From positions 15,211,628-15,275,627 of the forward strand of contig JAUZTB010000017.1 in NCBI GenBank assembly GCA_034780895.1: a stretch of 64,000 bases of DNA. Reading direction: 5' to 3'. Made by a program: the position numbers and the translations under genes. Below, in pieces: positions 27,150-40,640 of this stretch. The stretch is from Rhynchobatus australiae (Eukaryota). Position 1 is the stretch's first letter. Each line of letters begins with the position of its first letter. The notes under the pieces are model-generated. The model worked only from the letters and a program-made list of their open reading frames with translations, was not told the origin of the DNA and searched no databases.

Positions 27150-27730
27150 ATGAGAGCAGGAGTAGGCACTGTGGCCCTCGAACTTGTTCCAATATTCAAG
27201 AAGATCATGGCTTCTCTAATCTCAGTTTTGGCTCCACTTCCTTNNNNNNNNNNNNNNNNNNNNNNNNNNNNNNNNNNNNNNNNNNNNNNNNNNNNNNNNN
27301 NNNNNNNNNNNNNNNNNNNNNNNNNNNNNNNNNNNNNNNNNNNCTCCACTTCCTTGCCTGTTCCTCATAACTTTTGATCCCATTGGATAGAAATTTTGTT
27401 CATTTCCCATAAATTCATTGACTCAGCCTCCACATCTCTTCTGGGTCAAGAATTCCAAAGATTCATGAGCAGAAATCTTAAATGGACATCCTAATTTTCC
27501 TGTTACCATAATGTTAGGCTCCAACTTGTTGACAGCAGATGTTAGGCTAACTGATGCATAGTTTCCTAATTTTTTTTTTGTCTCCTTGTTTTCTGAAATA
27601 GAGTTGTTGTATTTGCTATCTTCCAATGAACTTGGCCTTTCCCAGAATTTTGGAGATTTTGGAAGATGATCACTAATGCATTCACTATCTGTGCAACCAC
27701 CTCTTTTACAATGTCTGGGCTGTAACGTTA
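27150..27730 (-). mobile_element. CR1-clade LINE fragments, decayed
   Basis: gagcaggagtaggcactgtggccctcgaacttgttccaatattcaagaagatcatggct (CR1 3' end); minus-strand remnant KKKLGNYASVSLTSAV (GNYRPVSLTS motif). Confidence 0.65.
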
Positions 27731-30700
27731 AGGTTCTGGAATTCCACTTTAAATCCATTAATAATTTGAAACACTTCAATTTGATCACAAGAGAATTCAG
27801 CTCTTAACCATACAAAGATACATCTTCCTTAGATTAAAAAGCAGTGGATATGTACTGCTCAAACACTGCAAATCTTTTTAAAGAGATTTAGTACGTATTG
27901 TAGCATTCACCAACTTTAATAATGTATGTTTAAATATAGAGCAAATGGATCCATAATGATTTGCAAGAGTATGTGCTCTTACACTCTTTACCTTGATCCA
28001 GTTAAGCACATGAAATGTTTAAATGCCTGCACTCTTTATATTTTCATTTCACTCAGATTTTTTCATTTAATGCACGGCTGTTACCATACCTCCACTCCCC
28101 ACGTAAATTGTTTAATAGAAACACGTCTTAAATTCATCCACTCATTCCGGAGAATTATGCTATCTGCAACAGGTTGATCCAATTCTGTAATTGGCAACAT
28201 AATTAGAAAATGATTCATCTCAGTTTTGGGAATAATTAACTCTAACTGCAGCCACATTGCTGTAGAAAACCATATAATTTTCTGTGCCCTTTGACAAGTT
28301 TTATTTTAATTAAACATCTTTATAATTAACATCACAGCATGTCAACCACAAGTTTCATAGTTGTGGTGAAAGAGCAATGAAATTACTTGATTTAAATGTG
28401 CTGCAGCTGAGTATACGATTTGACCTCTTATCTCAGTAATGGTTCATTATGGAGGATTCCTGCACATTCTGCATTATTCTTTCCCAATTCCCAGCAAACT
28501 TGAATCAAAAACTAGCAGCTAATATGAAGTGTGCAAATAATCTTAAACAATATTTTTTTTTAACTTCCTAATAATCTGACAGCAGATTTTAGTGCCCCCT
28601 GTTCCATTAACAGGCCATGCTCTAATCTTTTAAAGCATAGTCTTCTTGATGTGTTTAAAATGTATTGCATATTATATGGTTCAGACTGTATAACTTAAAG
28701 CAGGAAGTATCATGTCTGCATGGTTTTGCCATTAACAGTTATCAAAATTCCCACACTACTTAAACTCCCTACTGTTGATATTTTCACTTTGCTGTCTGAG
28801 ATGTATTTTGATTTTTTTTTTCTTTAGCGAGCATAAAATCATAACAATGCTATCAGGTAAAAATATCAGTGTTCAGAACAGCTTCAATTATATTCTTCTT
28901 ATGTATGACTTCAATTAGTAAACTTTCTCAAAGCTGAACCCAAATATCAAAGGCTCTTTCTCCACCCCCCCGGGGAAATTTAGACATCACCTGAAAGAAC
29001 CTATTTTCCATTATCAAATCTATTTGGCCTGTTGTGCTTTCTCAAGATTTTTTACTTTCATGCATGTTAATTGAACCNNNNNNNNNNNNNNNNNNNNNNN
29101 NNNNNNNNNNNNNNNNNNNNNNNNNNNNNNNNNNTTGCAACATGAATGAATTGATTTGACCCTTGCCCAGAAAACTGAGATTCTGAAACAAGTAGTCAAA
29201 TGCTGGCAGAAAATGTTATTTTAAGTGTTGGGCATATCTGATTATTTATAATAGTGCCATAGAACTAAAATATCAACCCTGGATAAACCTTCAAAGAAAA
29301 TATTAAAAAGGTAAATGCTTACAATGTCCCTCAAAATTGGAAACTTCATGGAAAATGGTGGCAGCTTATCAGAGAGAGATTATCGACTGCATTCCTCCAG
29401 TTTTCTAACCCATTACCCAGTCTGTGGGTTTGCTTTGTCCAGGTCCTCACAATATTCTTCAGCTTCATTCTCCATCTTTTTCCAAATTCCAGTTTTGTTT
29501 TCACAGTCTTAACCACCTTCATTATATTTCTACCCTGCATACCACTATCCGGAGAAGAGTACAACAACATAAACAAGATTGAAGCAGGACAAGGCCATTG
29601 AGACTATTGTGCATGCTCCATCATTCAATAAGATCATTGCTCATCATCTGCCTCAGTGCTATTTTCCTGCAATAACTCCATATCCCTTGATAGCTTTAAA
29701 ATTCAAATATCTATCCCTACTCCACAGAGCTGTCATTGAATATATTAAAGGTGCAGATGAACTCGTTCTTTGATCTATTGGAGTCAAAGATTATAGGGAA
29801 CAGTATAGATTAGATAGAAAAATGTATCTTGAAGTAAGATGTAGCTAGGGTTACTAAGTAGAATTGTAAATGAAACCCTCTATGTTATTTAATGGAACCT
29901 GAATGACGATATGGTGTTATAAACAAAGCTCACTCTCAATGTAGGAAGTAACTTCCGCAAACTGAATCAATTTGTCGTATGAAAGATTCTAAACTGCTTC
30001 CCTACATGCACTGAGCAGTCTCCCCTGCCTTCTTGGCAGAGAATTCCACTGATTCACAACTCTGGGTGAATGAATATTTTCTCATCTGACCTGATTTTCG
30101 GCACCCGAGCCAGGGGAAATATCCCTGCATCTATCTTCACAAGCCTCATCAGAGCTTTGTATTTTTCATTGAGAATTCACCTTTTATTTACTCATTATGC
30201 CTGATCTTTCCTCACTGAACAAAGCCACTCTCCCAGGAGTCAGTCTGACAACCCTTTGTCATACTCCTGCTGTCACAAATGTTCTTCCTTGCGTGAGGAG
30301 ACAATACTCCAGGTACAGTCTTGTCAGAGCCCTATGTAACTGCAGTAAGTTGCCTTTACACTTGCAATAAAGATCACCGTTCCTTTTGCCTTCCTACTTG
30401 CCTGCTGTATCTCATATTAACTTTCACTGATTCCCCCGGGTGTCATTCACAGAGATTTTTGATTGAAAGGAAAATAGAGCCAAGTAGTTCTTTGGTAATG
30501 GGAAGGACTCATCGAATGTGCAGTGTTGTGTGGATCAGTGCATGCTCTGTGCAAAGATCTGCTGCTGTGATATTATATTGCACATAGTGCCCAAGGCTGA
30601 GCATATTTAACATGCTCAAAGACTTTTCCTCTGTTTGTAAAGTAGTTCCAAAGGCCAATTATTTAGCAATGTGTAATACCTGAAACTGAATGTGGCTACT

Positions 30701-31029
30701 AGTGCAGTTAGCAATACTGACTGGGGATAAATTTCAAACAAGTTTAGGTTAGTGCTCTGAATTTTGATCAGATCATAATACAAACATAATTTTCTATCTT
30801 CATCATTGAGTTACCTTGTTGAAACTGACAGATACCTGGTAACAAACTTGATGAAATTCACTTTTAGGTACAGTCACAAGTATTACATCATTGTTCCCAG
30901 GTCATAAATAAAACATTGTGCTCAACTACACATTTAATGATCGATGTACGTATATCCAGTAATGTGTAATTTTGATCTTATCTGTTCCCAGTAACAGTAA
31001 TGCTTTTCAAATACAATATATAAATAGAT

Positions 31030-31405
31030 GGGTGGCACAGTAGTGTAGTTGTTAGCGTAACACTTTTACAGGGCCAGCGATTGGGGTTCAATTCCCACTG
31101 CTGTCNNNNNNNNNNNNNNNNNNNNNNNNNNNNNNNNNNNNNNNNNNNNNNNNNNNNNNNNNNNNNNNNNNNNNNNNNNNNNNNNNNNNNNNNNNNNNNN
31201 NNNNNTAACACTTTTACAGGGCCAGCGATTGGGGTTCAATTCCCACTGCTGTCTGTAAGGAGCTTGTACATTCTCCCCATGACTCTGTGGGTTTCCTCTG
31301 GGTGCTCTGGCTTCTGCCCAGACGTACGATTTAGTAGGTTAACGTGGGTGTAATTAGGCGGTGAGGGCTCATTGGTCTGTAAGGACCTGTTACCTTACTG
31401 TATAA
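31030..31405 (+). mobile_element. tRNA-derived V-SINE-type SINE, interrupted by an assembly gap
   Basis: A box ggtggcacagtagtgtagttgttagcg, B box ggttcaattcc, core gagcttgtacattctccccatgactctgtgggtttcctctgggtgctctgg. Confidence 0.8.
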
Positions 31406-31809
31406 ATAAAGATACCCTCTGAAGGAATGTTTCAAATGCCAGATATTTGACTCTATTCACGATACCAATACTGAGCCATCAATTTCAGCTTCCTAATCCC
31501 ATTATAAATTTTGAGCCTTAATGTTTGTGTTAGACATTCCAAAACAGGGTGCTGTTCTCAGTTACCTACACTGCAGGTAAGGATAGTTTTTTGTTGTTCT
31601 CAGTATCAAAAGTTGAATTAATCGTGTTGGGGAGGAAGAAAAGGAGAAATATTTACTCCATTCTTTCACCCTAATCCCAGAGCTCATTCCACAGAATGTG
31701 TTTGAGAACCAGAATGAGCCACCCTTTCACTTCCCAAATGCAGTGCTTTCAGTGTGCTTGCATTTTCCATTCTTATTTATTTGTCTGCATTTCAATTTTT
31801 CTTTTGCAG

Positions 31810-31827
31810 CTGTTCCATTTTACATAG
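31810..31827 (+). CDS. Candidate 18-nt microexon (AVPFYI), phase 1-1; possible long form 31681-31827
   Basis: Long pyrimidine tract ending ttttcttttgcag, donor TAG|gtatgt, frame-preserving between exons D and E, several GCATG motifs downstream. Confidence 0.55.
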   Translation: MFHFT

Positions 31828-32149
31828 GTATGTCATGTTCACTATTTTACTTTCAGGTTGTGGCACATGCAAACACAGAAAATATGGCAAATGTGTCTTG
31901 TGTTTTCTTTGCATGGTGTGGATACTGATAGTTATTGAGACACTTCTTTTAAGGCAAGCATGCTGATAAACGTATTATGTGAAATGTTGTTGCCATGAAG
32001 ATGTAACTTCCACAGCTTGGAGTGTTATCACAATTCATTTTGAACAAGAAAGGGAGCATGCATTTTACTACAGTGCCACAGAAATACAGGAATAATGAAT
32101 GTTTTACGATGGTGCTTATTTGCATGGTTAATTTATTTGCTGCTGAAAA

Positions 32150-32530
32150 TCTCATTCTTGCTGACCTACAATGGAACCCCCTCCGGTTTTAAAATTCACA
32201 TCCTTTCTTTCAATTGCCTCACTGTCTCTCTCCTCCATTTGTGTGTTATCTTACAACTTTCATAGTCCTCCAGTTCTGGTCCTTTGCGCAACCTGGAAAT
32301 GAATTGCTTTGCTAGTTCCAGCGATGTTTTTAGCTACATGGGTCTTTGCAATCCCCCTCCTATAACCTCTGCCTCTTTACCTGAATTTCCTCCTTTAAAA
32401 CATCCCTTAAAGCACTTGACCAAACTTTGGGTCATTATCCTTAATATCTCCTTGATTCAGTTCGTATTTTATTTACTAACACTTGTGTGAAGCACCTTAG
32501 ATGTTGGGGTATGTTAAGAGCACTATGCTT
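32150..32530 (+). mobile_element. L2-clade LINE 3' remnant
   Basis: cttgctgacctacaatgg...ttttaaaattcacatcc and tail tgtgaagcaccttagatg...gttaagagcactat. Confidence 0.55.
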
Positions 32531-33015
32531 GAGTATTAGAGTCTTTGATTCCATGTCAACTTTGACAAGTGACAAAGCTGCTCTCCTAGCTTTGTCTCTG
32601 TCAAAGCATCAGGAGCATTCTGAGGGTGGGAGTTAGTTGGCAAAGGGTACTGTCACAAAATGGTGCAAAGCACTGGTGAGACTGCCTTTCCTCATGAAGC
32701 TCAAGTACTCATGGGCAGGCAGGGACTGTGATTCCAGGAGCAGGGTCCAGCAACATCTGGGCTATTGTCACTAAAGCTAGTATAACATTGTGCCTAAAAT
32801 GACAGAACACAATCTGCAGTAATTATTTGGCTTAGAATGACTAATTTAGACATTTGAAATGATCTTTCAGGGTTAATTGGTGTCATTTGGTTAAGTAATG
32901 AAGTTGATCTACTGTACGATCCAGTAGCTGTCAACCCTATGTTGTTTATTGACAGCTATGTTGTGTATAATCAACCCATCATACTTCGGATTGTGAATCA
33001 AATACAAATTTAGTG

Positions 33016-33205
33016 AAAAATCAGAAAACTGCATATACAGGAAATCTGAAACGGAAACAAAATCTTGGAAACTCTCAGGTTAAGCAGCAGAACCAAAAGT
33101 TCTTCAACCTAAGGCGTTGGCTCTGTTTCTCTGGATGCTGCCTGTCATGCTGTGTGTTTCCAGCATTTTCTGTTTGTTACAGATTTCCTTCAAAGGTCTT
33201 GCAGT
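33016..33205. repeat. Fold-back Penelope-terminus-derived element
   Basis: ggaaatctgaaacggaaacaaaatcttggaaactctcagg..gcagca is inverted relative to tgctgcctgtcatgctgtgtgtttccagcattttctgtttgttacagatttcc. Confidence 0.6.
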
Positions 33206-33748
33206 ATTTCATGTGCAGTGAGCATTAGCATTAATTATTATTGTTTTATACAGAACAACTAATTGAGACCTTTCAAAATTGATTCATGAAAGGATTCAAG
33301 TATGATCTACCTTTCACTTTTACAATGCAGTTTACTGTCTGCATTAAGTGACTTGTATGTGGGATGGAAATTATTACTCATAATTTTTTGTTTCTTTAGC
33401 TTTCTGGAATTATATGTATATATGTGTGTATATAACTAAACTAAAAGTTGAAGTATTGTTTTATAAAGTTACTCTAAAATTATTCAGGAGTGTTAAAGTA
33501 CTTGAATGTCAAATAGAAAAATAATTTCTTCATTTGAAGCAAAATTTTTCAGTATTATTTGGTGTGCGTTTTTTCATCAAGTATGAATGAATTATTTTAT
33601 GTAGACTAACCCATCATTATGGGGTTGTGTCATTGTAAAGTAACTTTTGAATTGATTTTGTTTTTACGTTATTACTGATCCATTTTTGTTATGCTAAATT
33701 TTAAAAAAACTATGCCATTCTCATTATTTTTTACTTTTCTTATTGGAG

Positions 33749-33853
33749 GCAATGAGCCATCCAGTGGTCGGAGCTCCCCTCTCCCTATGCGGCCAGACAG
33801 CAGGCCTCTAACACCATCTTATGTTCAGACCCCTAAACATTTCCATCTTCCAG
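33749..33853 (+). CDS. ABLIM1: ABLIM1 exon E (105 nt, 1-1, skippable): GNEPSSGRSSPLPMRPDSRPLTPSYVQTPKHFHLP
   Basis: Acceptor cttattggag, donor gtagga; matches ABLIM1 GNEPSSGRNSPLPYRPDSRPLTPTYAQAPKHFHVP. Confidence 0.93.
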
Positions 33854-35879
33854 GTAGGAGTTTAACCACAACGGTCAGTGTTGTAGTCTAGGCTGTAGCT
33901 ATGTCTCTATCTCTATGTCCTGTCTACATTTCTCCTCATAGATTCTTTGGAATAGTTTTTTCAATCTATGAATTCATCTGGCTTAAAATTATTCGATCAC
34001 TTCTGAAGCAAGCCTATGCTGGGACTCAATAATACAGACGCCTTTAGAATGTGTGGGTTGTGTAGAGATCACTCTTCTGCTTTTACATTGCTCATAATTG
34101 CCAAAGGTGCATCAACATCGATCAGAAATCACAGTCATTCAATTTGATCAGGAGATTTCTTAAGTGGACTTGAAAAGAGTATGGGGTAGAAATTTGTATT
34201 AGTCGTAAGTGGTAATGGAACAATATAGTGGCACCTGTGCAATGAACTTTGCTTCCAAAATCTGGTTCTATCCAAGTCAGTGGAGACAAATTTCAAAAGC
34301 AGAGTACACTGCTATATTGTGCATTTATCGCTGTAACGAAGGAAGAATTTCTTCCCAACAGGCTTTTTTTTAAATGGAAACACAATTTATTGTTTTATAG
34401 TGTGTGGGAATTAATTTTAGTTCTGAAAAATATTCAGCAGCAAACATTAATCCAACCTCAGCCTTTGTTTTGGATATGACAAACATAATCTCTATCCTGC
34501 AGGCAGAGTCACTGAGACATGAAGATGACTCAAGCTTGAAATTCTTAAATCTCTTGGTAGTTTACCAATGCTACGGTATAAAATTTATATCCGTCTAAAT
34601 CCCCTCTTAAGATTGCAACTTTGACCTTCAGAAGGGCCAGTTCTTCTGTTGGCCTCAAGAAAATTACTTATTGCCCTAATGTCTTCTGATGGATTATAGA
34701 GGGATTGTTTCAAAATGTGGCCTACCTGCGGACAGCAAAGTTGATATATGAATTAAAACAATCAAATGAAAAGATGACGATGGTGGTGTAACATTTGTCT
34801 TCATGTTTTATTCCCAGTACAACCCACTTCTACTTCCCCATTAGAAACTGTAACTCTCAAATTGAGAAACAACATTCAAATTCACGAGCTTCCTTCATGC
34901 AAATGTGCACTGAATTGATTAACCAGCAGGATGAAGGCACAAAAAAGAATCTTGTGTCATCATTTCAGATCTCTGCCAGCACACAGCATTTTCCATATGT
35001 TTTATGTTTATTTGCCATATCAACAACAATAAGCCTTTGATCCTTCATGAATCAGTGTTCTGCTTCAGGCAGTTTATTATTGAAGTACATTACTCATGAT
35101 CAGGTTTAGGAGATGTACCTCAATGTGGCATAGATGAATAATGCAAATCCATTGATTTATCACTCTCAGTTCTTGGGCTGAAAAGGGAAGTTTTGTGAAC
35201 AACCTGACTTTTATCTACTTCAGCAATGTTTCCACTTAACCATTTTCTTTGCTAGTTATAAGTACCGTTGATTAAATGATAGGCTAATTTGAAACAGACT
35301 TAAAACAAACCTCCTTCTCACTGAACTCAGTTCTATTCACACTGCCTATACTGCCCCGTCCAATGAAAAAATTGCAATCTAACAATATGTTAGCCCAACA
35401 CAATGGTGAACTAAGTCTGGGTGCACACTGGTCTATTACCATTTTGCAGTATTGCTAAATTTGAGCATGCCTTGTGCTGCTCTATGCCTCTCCATCATCC
35501 TACTCCACCCAACTCGTAACATACAGACCATTCCTGGTTACACATTGAATCTACACCTTCTAATACTGTTCTTGCCAAGAGTTGTATCAGCTTTTCTTGG
35601 TGATTTAGTGATCTTGTCAACACTGTACTGAACCAAACCAGTAAGGTGCTATCCTAACTGCCTTTTGGACTTGCCCTGAACAATGACATATACTGCACAT
35701 ACATGGCGATGTACTAACCTTCTCTGGTGCTGTATTGAATGTATCTTGGTGCTGGACAAAGCCTACTATATATCATTGCATTTTAAATTATGATAACGTT
35801 CCCATTTAATAAATATCCAAATTTCTTCATATATTTTCATGAATCTCCAGATAGGAACCTGTGATCGGGAAATGGGTTA

Positions 35880-36218
35880 CTCAAAGGGCCATACAAATTG
35901 GAAATGGAACCTTTGGCCCACCAAGTCTATGCCAAACATTATGTACCCATTCTTATGTTAATCCTACACTAATCCTGTTGTATTCTCCCCATATTCCTAT
36001 CAATTCCCTCCCCTCCCCTCCCAAACCCCACTCACCCACACAGTAAGTGCAATTTACAGTGCCCAATTAAGCTACCCACATCTGGTGTAAGAAAACCAGA
36101 GCACCTGGAGGATACCTATGTGGTCATAGTGATTACATTCAGACTCCAGAGGTTAGGATTGAACCCAAGCTGCTGGAGCTGTAAGGAAAGTAGCTTTACT
36201 TGCTGCACCACTGTTCTG
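35880..36218 (-). mobile_element. V-SINE/HE1-type SINE, decayed
   Basis: ccagaggttaggattgaacccaagctgctggagctgtaagg (B box, antisense), aaaaccagagcacctggagga core, CR1-like tail. Confidence 0.75.
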
Positions 36219-36673
36219 CAACCAGTGGGACTAGGAAAATCTGGCATCATTCATAATTAAATTGACTTCTACCAGAAAAATAGTTATCTTCAATAAATAA
36301 CCTGAATAATGTACTTAAATAAAAAATATCAGAAGCAGAAACTGTGTGCAGCATTCAAAACTTTGCATAACTTACAAATTTCCGTCATAAGCTGTTGCTA
36401 TTGTCCTTGCTCTGATTATTCATACATTGAAGTATTTGCATTTTGCAGTATTAGTTTCCACACAAGTTGTATTTTCTGTGTTGTTGCTGAAGCTTATTGT
36501 TGGTATTTCTATGATGCACACTGACATGACGCATTGACATTTACCTTGTGTGTATATCATTCCTGTATTAGATCCATGTACATTTTCAATTTATTTGAAA
36601 TTAGAATCAGAAAGAATTAATTTTCCATTGTATTGTGTAATAATTAGTAAACTGTTCAACTTTCTTTCCACAG

Positions 36674-36721
36674 ATCAAGGGACTAATATATACAGAAAGC
36701 CTCCTATCTACAAGCAATATG
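36674..36721 (+). CDS. ABLIM1: ABLIM1 exon F (48 nt, 1-1): DQGTNIYRKPPIYKQY
   Basis: Acceptor tttccacag, donor gtacag; conserved NIYRKPPIYKQ motif. Confidence 0.94.
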
Positions 36722-39700
36722 GTACAGTTCCTTACTACTTTGTATTTGATTTCTGATATCTTGGTATATTATTGTGCTGATTTCTCTTTACTTTCTTCTA
36801 TAAAAGAGCGCACTGTACTTTTCTTGAGATATTAGGACTGATATAAGCATCTTTTACAATAGATGCTGGATGAGATCATTTTTAAGACTGTTTCCTCAAG
36901 GCCATTTGAGTACCAGATCAAATTCCAGAATTAAGAGTGTGAAGATTTTCACTGAATGTCAGTACTCAAGCCCACATATACCTCGTGCTTAACTTAACTA
37001 GCCAAGTTGAGAGTAATGGAGATGTTTGCAATCTTCTTAAGCACTGCCTCTTCGATCAAGGACACTACAAATAATATGGAGGTATGCACGATGCTGTATA
37101 AAACACAAATGTTTTTGTAGAGAGAAATTTAGTACCTTTTTATTGTTTTTACTAGTGCAAGAGAATTGAAAGCTGTTCCTACTGAACGAGTGTGAACTTT
37201 TTTCAGTTTATGTACTTGCTCCCACAAGTACAATTGCAATTTCAGCACAAGTCAGTGCCTGATCACAGAGAGTCTTCATTTTAAACCCAGCCTCACTGGA
37301 TTGAAATTGATAAATGCATATCCTCCATCAAGGGCCTGCTACCAACAGCTGGATGAGTATTCCCTCAACATGGTTTCATGACTTGGTTCCATGGGTATAA
37401 ATTTAGTCTATTTTAACTGACAGCAACACTCATTATCTGAATGACTATTTTGTGAAAAATGATTTTTTTCAGGCATGGATAGAATTTTTCATGATACAGG
37501 TTAAAGCAATTTAAGGGATACTTTTAGATTGTTACCAGATCCATTTCTTTGTTTCTTTATCATTCATTATAGTTTTGCTTATGTTCTTGATTCTGGTTTA
37601 TCTTTCCATTAATATGTGTCTTGTTTTTCTGCTAGCAATACTCATATTAATCTCTAAGTGCTGTTTGCTTGTGAATTTCCTTAACTGTAGGTCTTTGTAA
37701 ATGTCTAATTTTAACGCTTCAACTAAACCTTTTGGCAGCAAATGATCATTCTTGGAATGTTTAAGTAACACAAACTCTTCATACTTAACATCTTTTAAAC
37801 TTGTAATTGAAGGAAGTGTCACTTAAACTTTGTATTTAATTTCAGCTTTAAACTTTTTATCTACAATAAATCAAGAATATTTGTGAATTCCATAATCACT
37901 CTCAAAGGGAAGGTAGATTAGACAATCGGTCTTATAGCACTGCAGCAGTCATTGACCTGTTGCCTTTTTGAATAAGACCTCCTAATAAAAGCACAATTGA
38001 TGAATTTACCAAATTATGGGGAAAAACTTTTAAATTCCCTTTCTCATCCTATGCAGTACATTTTTTCTGGGATTCTGTTGGTGAAAAGAGAATAAACATC
38101 CCCATTAATGGTCCTACTATTGGATGCAGCACTAAACTTATGAAGTAAAGGAATTTTAAATTTGTTCCATTAATAAGCCCTTTGCCCTGAAACTTTTTTT
38201 TCTTTAGAGCCGTGCTTTGTACCACAATGATTTGATTTCTTCCACAAGTAAAAATAATACAATATCAAATAGATTTTATCATCTAATTAATGGGTTGACT
38301 TGGAAATATTATTCAGCTTCTAAAGATCTTTTCTGAACACTATCAAAACAAAATGCATCACTTGCCTGCATTAATGTCCCTCCTCTGAGAAGTTGTTCTG
38401 TGGCAATTATAATGGTCAATTGGGAAGATCACTCAGAATTTTCACCACATATGTAACATGCTTGTAACTCTGGTCAGTTTAGAGTTGTTCCACTGTTTAT
38501 CAGCAATGTGCCCATAAAATCTTATCACTATGCTCTGTGATAATGCTCTTATGTGATTACCCCTTCAGAGGTTGTGCATTAAAAGCACTTGACCATCACT
38601 CACAAGCAGGCCTTAGAAAATAGAACTGAAAGTTTCTGAAAATGGGCCACCAGAGGTCACTAGCAATCTATTAGTTAAGCATGAGAAATTTGTTGTCCTT
38701 CCATTCTTACATTTAAGGCTGCATTTTTTTTTCCAGAGCTACTTGTCTGAAAGTTGGTTACTTCTAAAGTGCAACATTAAAAGGTCAAATTGTGCCATTC
38801 CAGAAATTCAGCTGGGAATTTTAGCCATGATCAAGCATGTACGGATCGGGTGATTTCCCTGTTGGTTGTACGTGGAGCAATGTCATTCCTCGTGCAATGC
38901 TCCTTGTTTGATGTCCTGAGTTTGGGCATTCACAGAATAACCGTGCTTTAATAGCATGGCTCCCTGTGCCCAGTCACAGCTTGGGTATGTTCCCATACTT
39001 GTTACCTCTTCAGGCCTCCCTCCTCCCCTGACATCCCCACTGATCTCACCTCTGAATTCCGTGATCCCTCATAGTTCCTCCTGAATTATTGCTCGCCTCC
39101 TCAATAAAAGCCCCAACAGCCTCCTTGAGTCCTCACAGGAGCCTCAGACAAGACTGTGAGCTGGGCTCCAATCGCCACCAGACGCCCCATCTCAACTCCT
39201 GACGCCTGATTGCCAGCCCACGACCTCCACCATCCCTGGTCTTAACCTCAGTCCTGGAATAACCTGAAATATTCCTTTGCCTGTTTCATGATGACGTATG
39301 ATGAATAGTGCATGAGGGCCATTTGATAATGTCCAGTGCTTTATCAAATGAGCCATGGGAGCTGCCAGACTCTCCTGGCACAACGAGAATAGTCATTGGC
39401 ACATCTTTAGTAATCTTCCATTGAAACCATGAAGTTCTAGACCATTGTGAGCAGCACAACCAGAAGCATGTATTTGTGAGAGTTTCATCAGTTCCCTTTC
39501 CATCTCTCTCCCTGGTGCCTGCCTGAAGCAAGAAAATCTCTAACCAGTTTGACTGCTTTTAAATTTGCATGGAAGTTTTTTTTAAATATTACAGCAAAAT
39601 CAAAAAGAGAATAATTGCTCTTGACAGTGTTGAGTGTGCTCTATTTCAGAAATAGAAATATTACATCTCACAGTTAGATTGAATACATAATTTTTTTTGA

Positions 39701-39934
39701 TTAAGACTTATGATCTTTAGAGTTCCTCATTAATGACCTAGTGACAATTGGCTGGTTCTGAAACTAAATGAAAGAAGTTTACTTTCAAATCAGAGAGCCA
39801 GGCTGATGTAATAAATGCCACTAAGGCTGACCAGAGGGGGAGAGATGAAATAGATCAGCAAGGAGTGGTGAGGGTAATGAAACGGGAAGGTTGTACCCAG
39901 AAAATAGTACTTTGGGAGGCATTGGTTTCCATAG

Positions 39935-40630
39935 ATTTGATGCACTGAGAAGGAATGAGTTCATGTCAAACTCACCAGTGAATCTCGAAGACCAAAGCCA
40001 TTGCCTATCATCCCTGCAGCCGAGGTTCCCTTGCCATCCATTCCATCCCTCTCCTTGGCAACAGCCTGAAGCTGAAGCACATTGTTTGAAATCTTTGTAT
40101 TTGGCCAGAGGTGAACTTCAGACAACATATCCAAGACATGACCAAGTCTGCATGTACTCTCTGGTCTGATGTTGCTTGATTTCCACCCACGTCTAAGCTC
40201 AACTTTTGCTGAAACTCTCATCCACGCCTTTGTTACATTCACATTTGACAGCTTCAGTATTCACCTGGCCAGCCTCCTTTATTCTAGCCTATATATATGC
40301 TTGATTTCATCCAGAATTCTGTTAGCCATATCTTGATCATCTTTATTCTCTGGACTCCTGATTAAACAATAACTAATTTTGAATATTCTCACTCTTGTTT
40401 GCAAATTCCTCCTGATCCTTGCCCGTTTATCTCTGGCATATATCTGCCACCAACCGTCTCCCTTTCTGGTGAATAGAGCAATCCTAATTTGAATCACTTC
40501 CAGCTGTCAAGGTCCAGAACTCTCAGACTCCATCCCATGCATCTATTCTTCCTCCTTTGAAAGACCATCCTTGAGACTAATCCCTTTGACCTAGCTTTTG
40601 ATCATCTGCACTCATACCTCCTTATGTGGC
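39935..40630 (+). mobile_element. L2-clade LINE 3' remnant
   Basis: gctgaaactctcatccacgcctttgttaca (AETLIHAFVT), ttttgaatattctcactcttgtttgcaaattcctc, tttgacctagcttttgatcatctg. Confidence 0.7.
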
Positions 40631-40640
40631 TCAATATCTT

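Noticed and set aside
31058-31253. 48-nt exact duplication inside a SINE
   Set aside because: It flanks an exactly 100-N gap. The same pattern occurs at 41841-42020, 27232-27355, 45025-45144, 5373-5490 and around 48321-48360, so it is an assembler overlap artifact.
37691-37696. Possible 6-nt microexon after a long pyrimidine-rich tract
   Set aside because: Donor TTT|gtaaat is very weak and there is no supporting homology.
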